Assembly (NCBI RefSeq): GCF_037042905.1
Contig: NC_087245.1
Coordinates: 31,684,001 to 31,748,000, forward strand
Origin: Lytechinus pictus
Lineage: Eukaryota
DNA length: 64,000 nt
Reading direction: 5' to 3'
In this document: positions 38,342-50,803 of the stretch, in pieces
Position numbering within the stretch: the stretch's first letter is position 1
How the letters are laid out: each line of letters opens with the position of its first letter
Notes under the pieces: model-generated
What the model saw: the letters and a program-made list of their open reading frames with translations, nothing else
Told to the model about the DNA's origin: nothing
Database searches by the model: none
Translations under genes and position numbers: made by a program

Positions 38342-39703
38342 TGTAAAGGTATCAAATAAAAGAGCAGATATTGAACTTTTTAGGCATGTGATTTTCTTTT
38401 TGAAATTCAGAATGAATGAGTTTTTGGTATCCTTTCTTCAAATTGTTTTTGCTCACTCATGCGTGAATGAGAAATAATTTAAGTAATTATCTTAACACTT
38501 GTCTACAATCTGACTTTGGAACAAATTGGAACAAATTGCATTTTGCTTATTTGAAAAATATGAATGAATAGAATCTTTTTGAGGTTCATGATTTTAAGAA
38601 TACTGCAGGTCTTCATTTTGGATAAAAGGTCTAACATGTCTCAAATCATTACCAATTATACTGGTGCTGCGATGTCATTGCGCTTACGGTAGATATTGAA
38701 ATCATCTTTATTCTAATAAGGAGAGTATTACACTGTCAAGGATTTGAGCACAAGTATTCAAACAATTATTTCAAACTTCTTCGCAAAGTAAGATGTTCCA
38801 TTCTCAATATTTGCTTTAAAACGTTTTATTCAGAAATCGGGTTGCAGACCAATTTTAAGGTGTGCCGTGGCCTTGACTCTTTTTCTCCCTGCAAAAGGGA
38901 TGGTTGCACACACAAACACACATCATATTTGCCATATTTTGCTCACATGCATTGTGTGCCATTTTGTTTGACTTGAAAAAATCTTTTAATTATCTTCTAT
39001 AGCATAGCTGCTGCTCTGTACATCATTCACATAATACCACTACATGTATGCACTTCCTGTTTTAATTCAATGAATACAAGATGTGTCCTTCAAGCACCAA
39101 TTAATCGGTGGCAGAAAAGGCTTTAACATTCTTTTGAGATAGTATTATCTGCTGCTTGATTAAATAGAGAATTAAATACTAATGGCTTTTGGGGTGTGTT
39201 TCATAAAGCAAATACTCACCGATTTTCACTGACTACTTTGTTCTTAGCTAATCAGATGCAAGGATTTCAGTAGCTTATAACAACTTTGAGTAAAATGCTC
39301 TCCAGGGGCCCGTAACACAAAGCATAACCATTGATTGTACGCTTGATTTTTTACGATTGATCGTACGCTTGATTTTTACGATTGATTGTACATTGTAGTC
39401 AATGCAATGCAATCATGAAAATTTGTTGTATGATCATTGCTAAGCTTTGTGTAACGGGCTCCAGGTGTATCATTAAAATATCTGAGTTATATAACCTCAG
39501 TCATTTCCTCAATTGTTTTGGAGGAAAATCAAGGACAAAATATCTTATAACATTGTTACAAGATTGTTAGGATTGAATGTTCCAAATAGTATTATTGCCC
39601 AGGTTTAGTTGCAATTGATTAATATTTTGAATTTTGAATTTAGATTGTATCAAATCACAAGCTTTGATACAATAGATTCCCCCTGTTTATGTGCAAGATG
39701 ATT

Positions 39704-39977
39704 GGGGGCCCGTCTCACAAAGAGTTATGATTGATCCAATCAATCGTAACTCTATGGAAATCCATCAGTGTCATAATTATTTCCTCAGGAAATTTGCACA
39801 ATATCCTTTGTAAACAAAGAGAGGCACAGTGAATTTTCAAGAAAACAATGAATGCATGAATATACGTCATAGTTAGAAAATATTTTGAACAAACATAATT
39901 TAATAGATATTGACATTGCTGGCCGTCCATAGTTGTGATTGATCAGATCAATCGCAACTCTTTGTAAGACGGGGCCC
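39704..39977 (+). mobile_element. Harbinger-like MITE family D, copy 1
   Basis: TIR gggcccgtctcacaaagagtt ... aactctttgtaagacggggccc. Confidence 0.8.
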
Positions 39978-40775
39978 TGGGCTCACTTCTTATAAAGAGT
40001 TGCAATCAGATTCAAATCAGGCTCATTTCAATTGATTTAAAATTTATCTTTAATGGCTACAAAAGTTAAGATCGTAATTTTAGTTTGATTTGGATCTAGT
40101 GCAACTTTTTGTAAGATGGGGCTAAGGAAAAATTCAGCAGATATATGGGTAAATTGATTAATTTGTTGATATTTTTTACATGGATTTCTGAAATATATCT
40201 TGTACAAAATGTTCTTAAGATATTCCTTTAAAATTTATCAGATGTTTGATGGGTCACTTTGTATTTTTTTTTAGATTCTAATTTATTACCTGTCACTGCT
40301 GATTTTTTACATGCAATATTTCCATGTCATGTATCTTGTCACATTCTCACCACATAAAGCATGTTCTGTACTGTCACTATACTTGAACTTTGTCTTTACA
40401 TGCTTAAGATGAGATGATTCAGATTTGATTTATGATGTCAGTCTGATGGATTCTCACTTTCGGTCTAGGCTGGTAATCTGCAGGTGTTTATTAAAAGAAA
40501 TCTAGGGTGGTTTTATTAAGCCGTTCGTTCGTACGACTTTATGCATGGCTGGTGATCTGTTCATGGGTGCCAATGACTTTTGATTACCTCATTTTAATAT
40601 CTTATTTTTGTACATTAACGTTGTGTTATCAACAAACAACTGAATGCAGAGTTTAAAATTTGTCAAAATTTGATCAGGGTTAGGAAAATTCATTTCCATT
40701 AAAAAGGGAAACGCAGTCACCATTCAAGTGTAAAGTCATCTGTAACTTCATTAAAACTTTTTGAAATGTCTTCCT

Positions 40776-41052
40776 GGGCCCTGCCTTACAAAGAGTTATG
40801 ATTGATCCAATCAATCGTAACTCTATGGAAATCCATCAGTGTCATAATTTTTTCTACAGGAAATTTGAACAATATCCTTTATTCCTTTGTAACCAAAGAG
40901 AAACAGTGAATTTTCAATAAAACAAAGAATGCATGAATATACATCATTGTTAGAAAATATTTCGAACAAACATGCATAATACATGTTGATGTTGCTTGCG
41001 GTCCATAGTTGTGATTGGTCGGACCAATCTCGACTCTTTGTAAAATGGGGCC
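40776..41052 (+). mobile_element. Harbinger-like MITE family D, copy 2
   Basis: Same sequence family, with CTG/CAG flanks. Confidence 0.8.
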
Positions 41053-41208
41053 CAGGAACCTTATCATGAAGCTTAGCGATTGATCTGAGGCTGATTTCTA
41101 TTATAGATTATTGTGTGATTGATCATGAAAACAAGCCCCACAATCAATTGTTAATCCTAACCATACTGGGCCTTTTTGGCCCTTCTCTGGTCTTATATAA
41201 ACTCTTAT

Positions 41209-41700
41209 GGGCTATTCCACGGTTACTCACGTTACATTTGGAGACACCTTGACTCATACTTGAAGCTGTAACTCCATTATTATTGATAGGAACTAAACAT
41301 CTCTTTATCACAACATAGTACGCAGTCTGACTATCCTTTGTATAAAAACAAAACTTGGGAAATTTCATTATGCTCCTGGCAAATCTTTGAAATGTGTCGG
41401 TTACTCATGTTACATGATTTGGACATGCATAAAATGAAAAGTGGACATAAGTGAAAAGTGTCCTCATGCAAGGCTTTTATGAAAGTTGATTATATCCATT
41501 TCAAAGAAGTATATTAGGGAGACAAATTTGTATATAATTAAAAAAAATAAAGAACACATGGTTTTTACTAGGGGTGCAGATAAAGTGGTTACTCACGTTA
41601 CGGTTCAGATGGGCTATATGTACAAAGACACATTGAGCTCATGTCCACCAACCTATGGAATTGCCCTTATCCATTAAAAATAAAGTTATTGTATAGAGAA
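41209..41700. mobile_element. Left part of a Sola-like element
   Basis: Starts gggctattccac followed by repeated ggttactcacgttac, paralleling the 6321 element. The right end was not found. Confidence 0.45.
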
Positions 41701-42060
41701 TGGAACCATATGCCTTTGTAAGAAAGAAAGAGGCCTCTGAACAAAAAGTAATAAAGCCTCTTGTTTAAAAGCTTGGATTGCAAGAAGTTTCTCTTCATTG
41801 CTTCGTTCATGCAGTACAGACTAGAATTACAATGTATTTGAATGACTGGAACCTTGTCAGTGCCCTGTAATACAAAGCTTACTGATTAATCATGGGGCTA
41901 TTTTTTTTTTATTGATCATACCCAATGCAATCAGTCATAGAAACAAAACCCTCATAAACAATCCCTAAGCTTTATGTTATAGGGGGCCTGATCAATAAAA
42001 CATCAAGAGTATCAGTAACATGTATTGAGTATGAGAACAAGAAATTCAAAGTCACAACTG

Positions 42061-42331
42061 GGCCCTGTCTTACAAAGAGTTACGATTGATCCGATCAATC
42101 GTAACTCTATGGAAATCCATCAATGTCATAATTTTTTCTACAAAAAATTGGCACAATGTCCTTTGTATGCAAAGAGGAGCACAGTGAATTTTCAAGAAAA
42201 CGATGAATGCATAAAATATACATCATAGCTAGAAAATACTTTGAACAAACATGCATAATAGATGTTGACGTTGCTGTCCGTCCATAGTTGCGATTGATCG
42301 GATCAATCATAACTCTTTGTAAGACGGGGCC
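42061..42331 (+). mobile_element. Harbinger-like MITE family D, copy 3
   Basis: CTG TSD at 42058-42060 and 42332-42334. Confidence 0.85.
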
Positions 42332-42686
42332 CTGAAATCACCCATAGGGAAATGTCTGATGTCTCAAATCTGATTTGATATCACTTTATTGAAATCAAAA
42401 TAAAGGAAAGAAATTTGCAAAGTCAATACAAAACATGATAAAAATTAAGATATGCCCAGGTCATGATGCATTAGTGTCAATGCAGGGCAGTAGTATAAAA
42501 CTTAATGTACAGTTTCGATGTATTAGGCTACTTATTAGAGAACTAGCGGTAAAGCACAAATTAAAATAATTCTTTTTTATCTTCTTGCTGCATGCTGCTT
42601 AACAGCAGCAAGAAGACAAAGTAAATCACCATGAAAGCACAAACTGAATTTATTTCATCCTTTTCATCTCCTTGCTGCTGTTGCAG

Positions 42687-42880
42687 AGGGCCGTGGTCTT
42701 GACAATGAACTGTGGGAGAATGCCACGTCCACGCTGACGAGGAGCCAGGCAGCAGCAGTGAGGAAGCGCGTGGACAGGCTGAATGAGACGTACAAGCAGA
42801 GACTGCTGGCCGCGAGGGATGCAAAGACTCGGAAACCAGATGTCAGGGACATCTTTCCTCCGCAGGACACAAGGAGCGAG
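42687..42880 (+). CDS. ARHGAP18: ARHGAP18/28/40-family coding exon 3 (194 nt)
   Basis: Acceptor ctgttgcag and donor gtaaaa, phase 1-0. Encodes KGRGLDNELWENATSTLTRSQAAAVRKRVDRLNETYKQRLLAARDAKTRKPDVRDIFPPQDTRSE, with the family motifs STLTRxQAAAVxKRV and PDVRDIF. Confidence 0.92.
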
Positions 42881-42944
42881 GTAAAAACATTTAACTACCC
42901 ATCTTTTTGATGCAGATGTTGGGTTGGTAACCTATAGACAGTAG

Positions 42945-43245
42945 ATCAGCCGGTGAAGGCGAACTCAGTATGTTGGTATGGACATGGATTGATGAGGGAT
43001 GTTGATCGTGTTTCGAGAAGGGCGCTTGAGTTTGGGGTGGCTGGTCAGAGGGGAAGGGGGCGATCAAATAAGACATGGAAGAAGCAAGTGGTGGAGAAGA
43101 GTATGAAAGAGGGTTGTGTGGAGGGAGGAGGATGCACCGAATAACTTAAAGTGGGGGAGGAGGTGTGGGGTATTTTGGTTACCCCTGTATTTGGGGACTA
43201 AACCGCACCAAAAACCCGGACAACTTCTGCTACTGCTACTACTCT
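42945..43245 (+). mobile_element. 3' fragment of an RTE-clade LINE
   Basis: WYGHGLMRD...GQRGRGRSNKTWKKQV resembles the RTE ORF C-terminus (RWxGHVxR...RxRGRPxxxW). A (CTA/CTG)n tail follows. Confidence 0.75.
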
Positions 43246-43483
43246 GAAAAAAAGTGGCCACTAGAAACAGTTGGCCTTTTAAGTTTTAATAGACATGTTC
43301 TTTAACACATATTCCTTTCACTTGGGAAACAATTTTGGTGGCCTCTAAACCAGTTGAGTGATTTGAGTGGCAAATAAGCTGATGAAATGAAGCTATACTA
43401 TTAGCTAGTGTCACAATTGGCTTTATGTGTTGCTAAAGCGAAACATTTGACCAGGGTTTGAATTCAGAATACTGTTGAGTGGT

Positions 43484-44656
43484 TTTTGTCTCGCCTGCAT
43501 AGCAGAGCGAGACTATAGGCGCCGCTTTTCCGACGGCGGCGGCGGCGTCAACATCAAATCTTAACCTAAGGTTAAGTTTTTGAAATGACATCATAACTTA
43601 GAAAGTATATGGACCTAGTTCATGAAACTTGGACATAAGGTTAATCAAGTATTACTGAACATCCTGCCTGAGTTTCAGGTCACATGACTAAGGTCAAAGG
43701 TCATTTAGGGTCAGTGAACTTAGACCATGTTGGGAGAATTATTTTCAAAATCTTAACCGAAGGTTAAGTTTTTGAAATGACATCATAACTTAAAAAGTAT
43801 ATGGACCTAGTTCATGAAACTTGGGCATAAGGTTAATCAAGTATTAATGAACATCCTGCACCAGTTTCAGGTCACATGACCAAGGTCAAAGGTCATTTAG
43901 GGTCAATGAACTTTGGTCAAGTTGGGGGTATTTTTTGAATTACTATCATAACTTTGAAAATTTATGGATCTAGTTCATGAAACTTGGACATAAGGTTAAT
44001 CAAGTATTAGTGAACATCCTTCCTGAGTTTCAGGTCACATGACCAAGGTCAAAGGTCATTTAGGGTCAATGAACTTTGGCCAAGTTGGGGGTATTTGTTG
44101 AATTACCTTCATAACTTTGAAAATTTATGGATCTAGTTCATGAAACTTGGACATTAGGTTAATCAAGTACCACTGAATATTCTGTGCGAGTTTCAGGTCA
44201 CATGACCATGGTCAATGGTCATTTACAATGTACGGTCAATGAACTTTGGCCGTGTTGGGGGTCTTTGTTAAATTACCATCCTAACTCTGAAGTTTATGGA
44301 TCTATTTCATAAAACTTGGGATATAAGAGTAAGCAAGTATCACTGAACATCCCCTGTGAGTTTCAGGTCACAAAACCAAGGTCAAAGGTCAGTTAAGGTC
44401 AATAAACTTAGGCCATGTTGCCATCATAACTTTGAAAGTTTATGGATAGAGTGAATGAAATGTGGACATGGGTGTAGTTGACAAGTCTTAAGTCACCGTT
44501 CAAATGTCATCTATGGTCAATGAACGTGGTATTATGTCATATGAATGGTGTTTTTGTGAATGATTATTTTATAGTAGTTTTCAAAGTTACATGTAGCACT
44601 GCTGCTATATTAAATCGCGTAATGCAGGCGAGACTGCCAGAGGCGTTCCACTTGTT
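43484..44656 (+). mobile_element. Helentron/HINE-type element with tandem-repeat core, copy 2
   Basis: Same architecture as 36770-38341, with units spaced 192/163/163/170 bp. Confidence 0.78.
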
Positions 44657-45451
44657 GTACTAGACAACCCAATCAGAAAAAAATCTTATCTTAATGTGTT
44701 TTATATGGACTGAATGTTACAGCATGTTGACTCAATTCAGATGTTGAACAGAGATAAATTTTATAACTCATCTAGTAGAGGTAGATGCTTAAGTATTAAA
44801 GTACAGGGATCTGTTTTCATAAAACTACTGACATCTTTCTATCTCATTGGTTGATAGTAGATTTGTTATAGAAATGTGCATTTGATCTGTCAATAAAACG
44901 GTATGCAGAGCTAGTTATGATGTAAAGAACATGATTTATAGGTTTTCAAATAATCATTCACAAATTATTTCTATATCTGATTGTTCACATGCTACATCTT
45001 ACAAATACATGTAATCTAATTTCATTGATGGGACAGATTTAACACAAGTACCCTCCCCCCTCTCTGTATCCCCCTCCCTCTCTCACACACACTTTTCAAT
45101 TCTTTACTGAAATTTAAACAAATTTTAATACTTGTATTGTATTTATCAGAAAAGGTTATGCCAAAAACATCAGCCAATACTGCTTTCATATGCTGTTTAA
45201 GTGATTTTACAAAATAGGAAAAGGCCGAGTTTAATCATTGCTTTACCTGCATTTTTGTGGGATTGTTGTTGTCTAAATTCATTATCTATATTTATGCACA
45301 GTTTACATGTATGCTTTGTATAATACCTACTTTTGGAAATATCTTGAACTACCAACATGTGTTACAATCTGTGGAGCATTTTGTTATGGTAAGAATGAAA
45401 ACAATGATAGGCATTTTATCTACATGTAGATATAATCTAATCTGAGGCACA

Positions 45452-45670
45452 CTATTACTATTACCCAAGCTTGAGCTCGAGCCGCTCTTTCCCGTGGTGT
45501 GCGTTCAAGGAATTAAGTCCTGCCGATACCCTTCCACCTCACCTGGGTCGAGTGCAGCATAATGTTGGTAAATTCCATGTGAAAGAAAACATGCCATGGC
45601 TGGGATTTGAACCCATGATCCTCTGATTAACTGAAGGTGGAGAATCAGAACAACTTAACCACAACATCCC
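45452..45670 (-). mobile_element. Degenerate tRNA-derived SINE
   Basis: Shares cctcacctgggtcgagtgcag and gccatggctgggatttgaaccc with 31103-31391. Confidence 0.75.
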
Positions 45671-45673
45671 TAA

Positions 45674-45837
45674 TACCTTGGTCACATTTACTCTATGGCG
45701 GTCGTACGGCGAGTCAAAAACAGCCGTTTTAACATTTTTGTACCAGCTATACATAGGTGGTTTAATAAATAAAAATGAATAAAACTGTTGTTTTCGACTT
45801 GACGTACGGCCGCCGTAGAGCAAATGTGACTGAGGTA
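45674..45837. mobile_element. Harbinger-like MITE (intact version of 20845-21616)
   Basis: TAA TSD on both sides and long TIRs. Confidence 0.85.
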
Positions 45838-48611
45838 TAAATCTTTCTAATTATGATATCAAACCAGTTTAATATACCAATTTATATGTGATTGTTTGCT
45901 CTTTTAAAGAAAAAAGAAGGTTTTGGAATAATCTCAGAAAAGAAGGGGGAGAATAATCTTATAAGAGGTGGATTCAGTTCATTTCATGGAACAAGTGTGG
46001 AGGGCTGTTACCAGACAGCCATAATAAGCTTCTCACAACCAAGAAGGGAAGTAATTAATTTACCCTAGTCTAATCCAATGGGGACAGCTACCTGTCAGTC
46101 ACTCGTTAGGGGAGCAAGTTTCAGAGCGAGGGAAAACTTCGAGATGGAATTTGTCTCAGAATTTGTGGCAATCTTAAAATTTATCACTTTTTCTTGATGT
46201 GATCATTATGGTGATCATTACTTTTATCAACATACATAGATGCATCATTATTTTTGGTTGAATTATTGGCATGCACCAATTGAGCTACTGATATTTTAAA
46301 GATATTGTTTAGTTTTTATTATCACCATTTTCAGTATCAACATCTTTTTGTCTTCCTCTACATATAACACATTTTCTTGATTTTCCGTTGTTGTTGTTTT
46401 TGTTCTTTCATGATGCAGAATTATCGTGAAAATGTCGAGGGAGATGGACCTTGTAGCCCCCTCTCCCCTGTTATGTACTGATCTCGACAGACCCTAAAAA
46501 AAAAGAACAAAGGAATAGTGAAAACGGTATACTTCAACCAATGTCATTTACCGTGCACGGTAGAGATTACTACTAGGAACAATTCAGACATGTATCAAAT
46601 TCAACACATCTTCCAATTATAAACTCATACAAGTATTTTATTTATTAAGATCATTTCACATTTCACGATTAAGTATAAAAAGCAAACAAACTTCTGTGCT
46701 CTCCTTCAAAGGGTAACTAGGTAACTAATGGATGTGCATACTTCAGAGAATATGACAGCTTTTATGTTATAGTAGCAAGTAAAAATTGATGTTTGTCAGA
46801 CGATTTCTGCCAGGTCAGACGATAGAAAGGCCTTTTTATTTTAAAGTGGAAGAAGCTTTTTTTTCTTTCTCTCTTCTCTCTGAATTCCTTGACTCTCTGT
46901 GTCGGCTATTAAAGCTTGGTTAACATCGATTTGACTTTGAAAAAAAGCTTCATGTACTCCAAAATTAAAATGTTTTGAAAACTGATGATGAGCATCTTTC
47001 ATGCTGTGTATGAAATATGTGTAAATTATCAAACCATTTTTTTCACATTCCATTTTGTAAGTTGTGAATGAAGTTATTGTCTGTACTTAACTTTCTTGGT
47101 TTCTGACGGCAGGAAATCTCATTACGTGAGAATTGATGACCCTCGCTGGAATCTAGGAAACCGAATTAGTCCCTGTCCTATTTCTCTAATTAGGGGTTAC
47201 ATGTCAGTTATGCTCACATGTGTACAGTTGTGATGTGGCTCATCTAGGCTCAGTTACCAGGTTATAGCTCTCTGCATTTATTAATTGGTATTCCAGATGT
47301 TATCGGGTCCAAATCAGATTACATAGTGCTATGCAGACTATCGGGTGGCAAAATGAGGGAAAATTGTATTGAAATTTAAGAATATATGTTATGAATGCCA
47401 ACACAAGTTAGGCCTACTATTTAATGGAAATGTATATTATTGAAAGAAATATTCAGAAATATTAATTTCAGGCAAATCGATCAAAAAGTTATTTCCAAGC
47501 ATTTGATGACCACATCATGAATAGTGATTAGGCTGCAGGCACAGACCCTGATTGAAACTTTGATCAATGAGTGGGTCTTCACCGAAGACAAGCACATACA
47601 ACTTGCTGTTTCAATTCGTGCAAAAATAGTTATGATCATGATTATAATAAGGCTATGCATGATGGCAATTTTTAGCCTCTTTAACAATTTAAATTTAAAT
47701 AAAAAAAAAAACTGCTCATTCTGGTCCTACGTTTATATAAAACTTGAAGTTCTATAATTCTAGATATTATTTTTAAAGCTGTGATCACATCTTGACTTGG
47801 ATTTTTTTTCAAAACTGTATATGCTCGTAATTTTCAATTTACATCTAAAGGAGATGTGAGAATATCCAGATTATTATAATAATTTCTTAATCGATGTTGT
47901 TTTTCCTTTCCTGTTTGTTGACAAAAGCTTGAAATCCTCATTTAAATAAATGCAATTGAGAAATGGAATTGAGGGGATTATGCAGAATTTTGCCACACCC
48001 TGATTTTTTTTGAAGAAAATATAATGTTTGCTACGTTATGATCCATCCTGTAAATCAAAATATACCTTTGTTTGCAGAAAGTACTTTGAAAAAAAAGCAT
48101 GCTGTTACAAATATTTCAATATGTAGGCAATTATTAGATCAGACAATTTTAACATTCATTTCTTTGTCCAAATTATAAAAAAATAAAAAAATGGAGCATT
48201 GGAAAAAGAAATTCTTTATTAGAAAATTTGTCTAAATCTCAAAATCAGAACAGTAGAATATCCATTTCTTTGTCCTAAAATGAGCGAAATATGCAAATTG
48301 GAAAATTCATTCATTTGTCTAAAAAAGATTTGAAAATTTGACTGTTGGTATATTATTTAGAAAATGATCAAAATCTGTTGTGCATGAATGAAATAATCTT
48401 GTAATATAACTTCAAATTTAGAAATATGTTTTTCATTATTTTATGTGGAGTGAGAACCTTTAAGACCTCCTTTGTACTGAGTATTGATTGTCGCTGTTGT
48501 AAAACAAAACCATTATTTCACATAGCAGTGTATTTAAAACAAACAAATTTTTAATATGTAATCACAGTTTCTGCGAATTTGCAATAGACTGGGTCAAAAG
48601 CATTGCTTTAT

Positions 48612-49297
48612 TTTATAATTTTCTTATTTCATCCCTTTTATCAAGTAATACAAATTAATGATTCCAAATGATTGATATATCAACAACTAAACAAAATGTT
48701 TGAAATGATAATAAAGCACTCCATACCCATTGTTTTTAAGTGCTGGATACATAGACAAATTAGGTATAGGTTGAAGAATTGAATAGAGATAACGAAATGA
48801 AAAATAATATAAACATGGGACTAGAAATAAAAGGAAACACGCATGGAGGATAATCTAGCAAATTACAGGGAATAATATAACAAATAAAAATAAAAATTAC
48901 TATGATTTATGACTGGTTTAAAAGGTAGGTTTTCAATCTAGTCTTAAAAATCTAGTCTTTATAATTTTCTTATTTCATCCCTTTTATCAAGTAATTACAA
49001 ATTAATGATTCCAAATGATTGATATATCAACAACTAAACAAAATGTTTGAAATGATAATAAAGCACTCCATACCCATTGTTTTTAAGTGCTGGATACATA
49101 GACAAATTAGGTATAGGTTGAAGAATTGAATAGAGATGACGAAATGCAAAATAATATAAACTTGGGACTGAAAATGAATGGAAACATGCATGGAGGATAA
49201 TTTAGAAAATTACAGGGAATAATATAAGAAATAACAAGAAAGATAACTATGATTTATGACTCGTTTAAAAGGTAGGTTTTCGATCTAGTCTTAAAAA
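48612..49297. repeat. Tandem duplication (~346-bp period) of a LINE 3' end
   Basis: 48612-48950 is repeated at 48958-49297. Minus-strand translation of ~49255-49362 gives YAPRLWNNLTVYVNDSPTLSIFKTRSKTYLLNES*. Confidence 0.85.
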
Positions 49298-50097
49298 TGG
49301 AAAGTGTTGGAGAGTCATTAACATAAACCGTGAGATTATTTCCAAAGCCTAGGAGCATACATAAAACAAAAATATTTGAAAATGGATTACAATTGTTTTG
49401 TTACCATAAGACCCTGTAATGTAAGGTTTTGCTTTGAATGCCTAAAGGTATTGCTAATTTATCTCTAAATATACGGTATATACATGTACATGTAAGAAAG
49501 CAGAGTTGCAAAATTGGCAGAGCATGATTAACCCGAGTATTACGCACTACATGTATTTAGAAGTGCCAATGTTCATATGGATGCACACTTTGAAAATCCC
49601 ATTGGCCATCCACAAGCTTATTAGTGATGACAGTTTAAAAAAAATAGAATCTACAAGCTAGAAATCAACCATAGTGAAGGTTTACAAAGGCCTTGATGGG
49701 TTGCCATGGAAATAGAGGAATAATAGTTGTCAGTGAATTGTGTAGAATGGTAAAGGAAAGGGAAATAATTGTATCGTGGTATATCAGAGTATACAAGAAG
49801 CTTTCAAGAAGCTTCAACGAGCTGTCGATATCTGATTTAGACCAAGTGTATTTTGCAATTTCTTTAGCATTAGTGTCAGGATAGGAAATACATTTTAGGG
49901 GCTATTTTTTCTTTTCCACATTTGAATGAGTTAAGAATATTGGGGGGCTATTTCTTTCATTTGAAGGGCAACTTTTTAGGGGTAAAAAAAAGTAATTGTG
50001 CAGTAAAAGCAAATATTATTCTTCTGCCACAGTTAGAATATTGATTTACTAAATAATCTTGAATATTGAGCATGCATTTTAGGGGAATTTTAGCGGC

Positions 50098-50593
50098 AAT
50101 ATAATAATAAAATAATAATAATTAACATTTATATAGCGCTTAATACAACAGTTTCTAAGCGCATTGGAAAGAGAAAAAAGAAGTAGCAAAATACAGTGAA
50201 AGAGAACATGATATGGAATTAAGAGGACTGAGGTAAGATTTGAGGAGTGTTTTGAAAGATTCGACAGTGGATGCATTACGGATAGAGATGGGGAGATTGT
50301 TCCAGAGTTTAGGGGCAAGAGCAGAAAAAGCACGATCGCCATAACGGGTAAAAGTGCGGGGTCCTAGAGATAGTCGAAGGTGAGCAGTAGAAGAAGATCG
50401 GAGACGTTCAGTTGCAGAGGATGAGTGACAGAGAGAGATAAGATTTTGAAGGTAGGATGGGGCAAGACCATGGATGATTTTAGAGACAAGGAGAAGGAGC
50501 TTCCCTATCTTACAAATACCCCATGATGCACAACGACAAACATTTCTGATATGCTGGTTAAGGGTCAAGTTGTTATCAATAATAACTCCAAGA
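50098..50593 (-). mobile_element. L2-type LINE 3' fragment with internal deletion
   Basis: HGLAPSYL...YGDRAFSALAPKLWNNLPISIRNASTVESFKTLLKSYL, with an (ATT)n tail. Confidence 0.85.
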
Positions 50594-50647
50594 TATAGGC
50601 TGTCATGAGGGCAAAATCGCCTGTTGCCCTCATGTGTTTCCTATGCA

Positions 50648-50803
50648 GGGCTCCGTTGCATAAAAGTTACTATTATGGTAACTTTGCCATCCAATGGTAA
50701 CTACCATGGTAATGCTGAAACAGCCAATCAGAATCAGGATTCCATGCAAGTTACCATTGGATGGCGAGGTTACCATAATGGTAACTTTTATGCAACGCAA
50801 CCC
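50648..50803. mobile_element. Short palindromic Harbinger-like MITE
   Basis: cgttgcataaaagttac ... gtaacttttatgcaacg, with CAG/CTG flanks. Confidence 0.7.

Larger units (their letters stand above)
36230..38486. mobile_element. Tc1/mariner-like long-TIR MITE interrupted by a Helentron-like element
   Basis: Starts TA|cagtgtgtcccac. 36706-36769 and 38342-38486 together are the reverse complement of ~36350-36572. The right terminus is lost. Confidence 0.7.

Noticed and set aside
42561..42870. Minus-strand ORFs 42561-42824 and 42664-42870
   Set aside because: These are antisense shadows of the GC-rich RhoGAP exon.
46479..46481. Functional link between the in-frame TGA here and the nearby tRNA(UCA)
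   Set aside because: tRNAs act in trans, and neither element is shown to be expressed. Proximity is not evidence.
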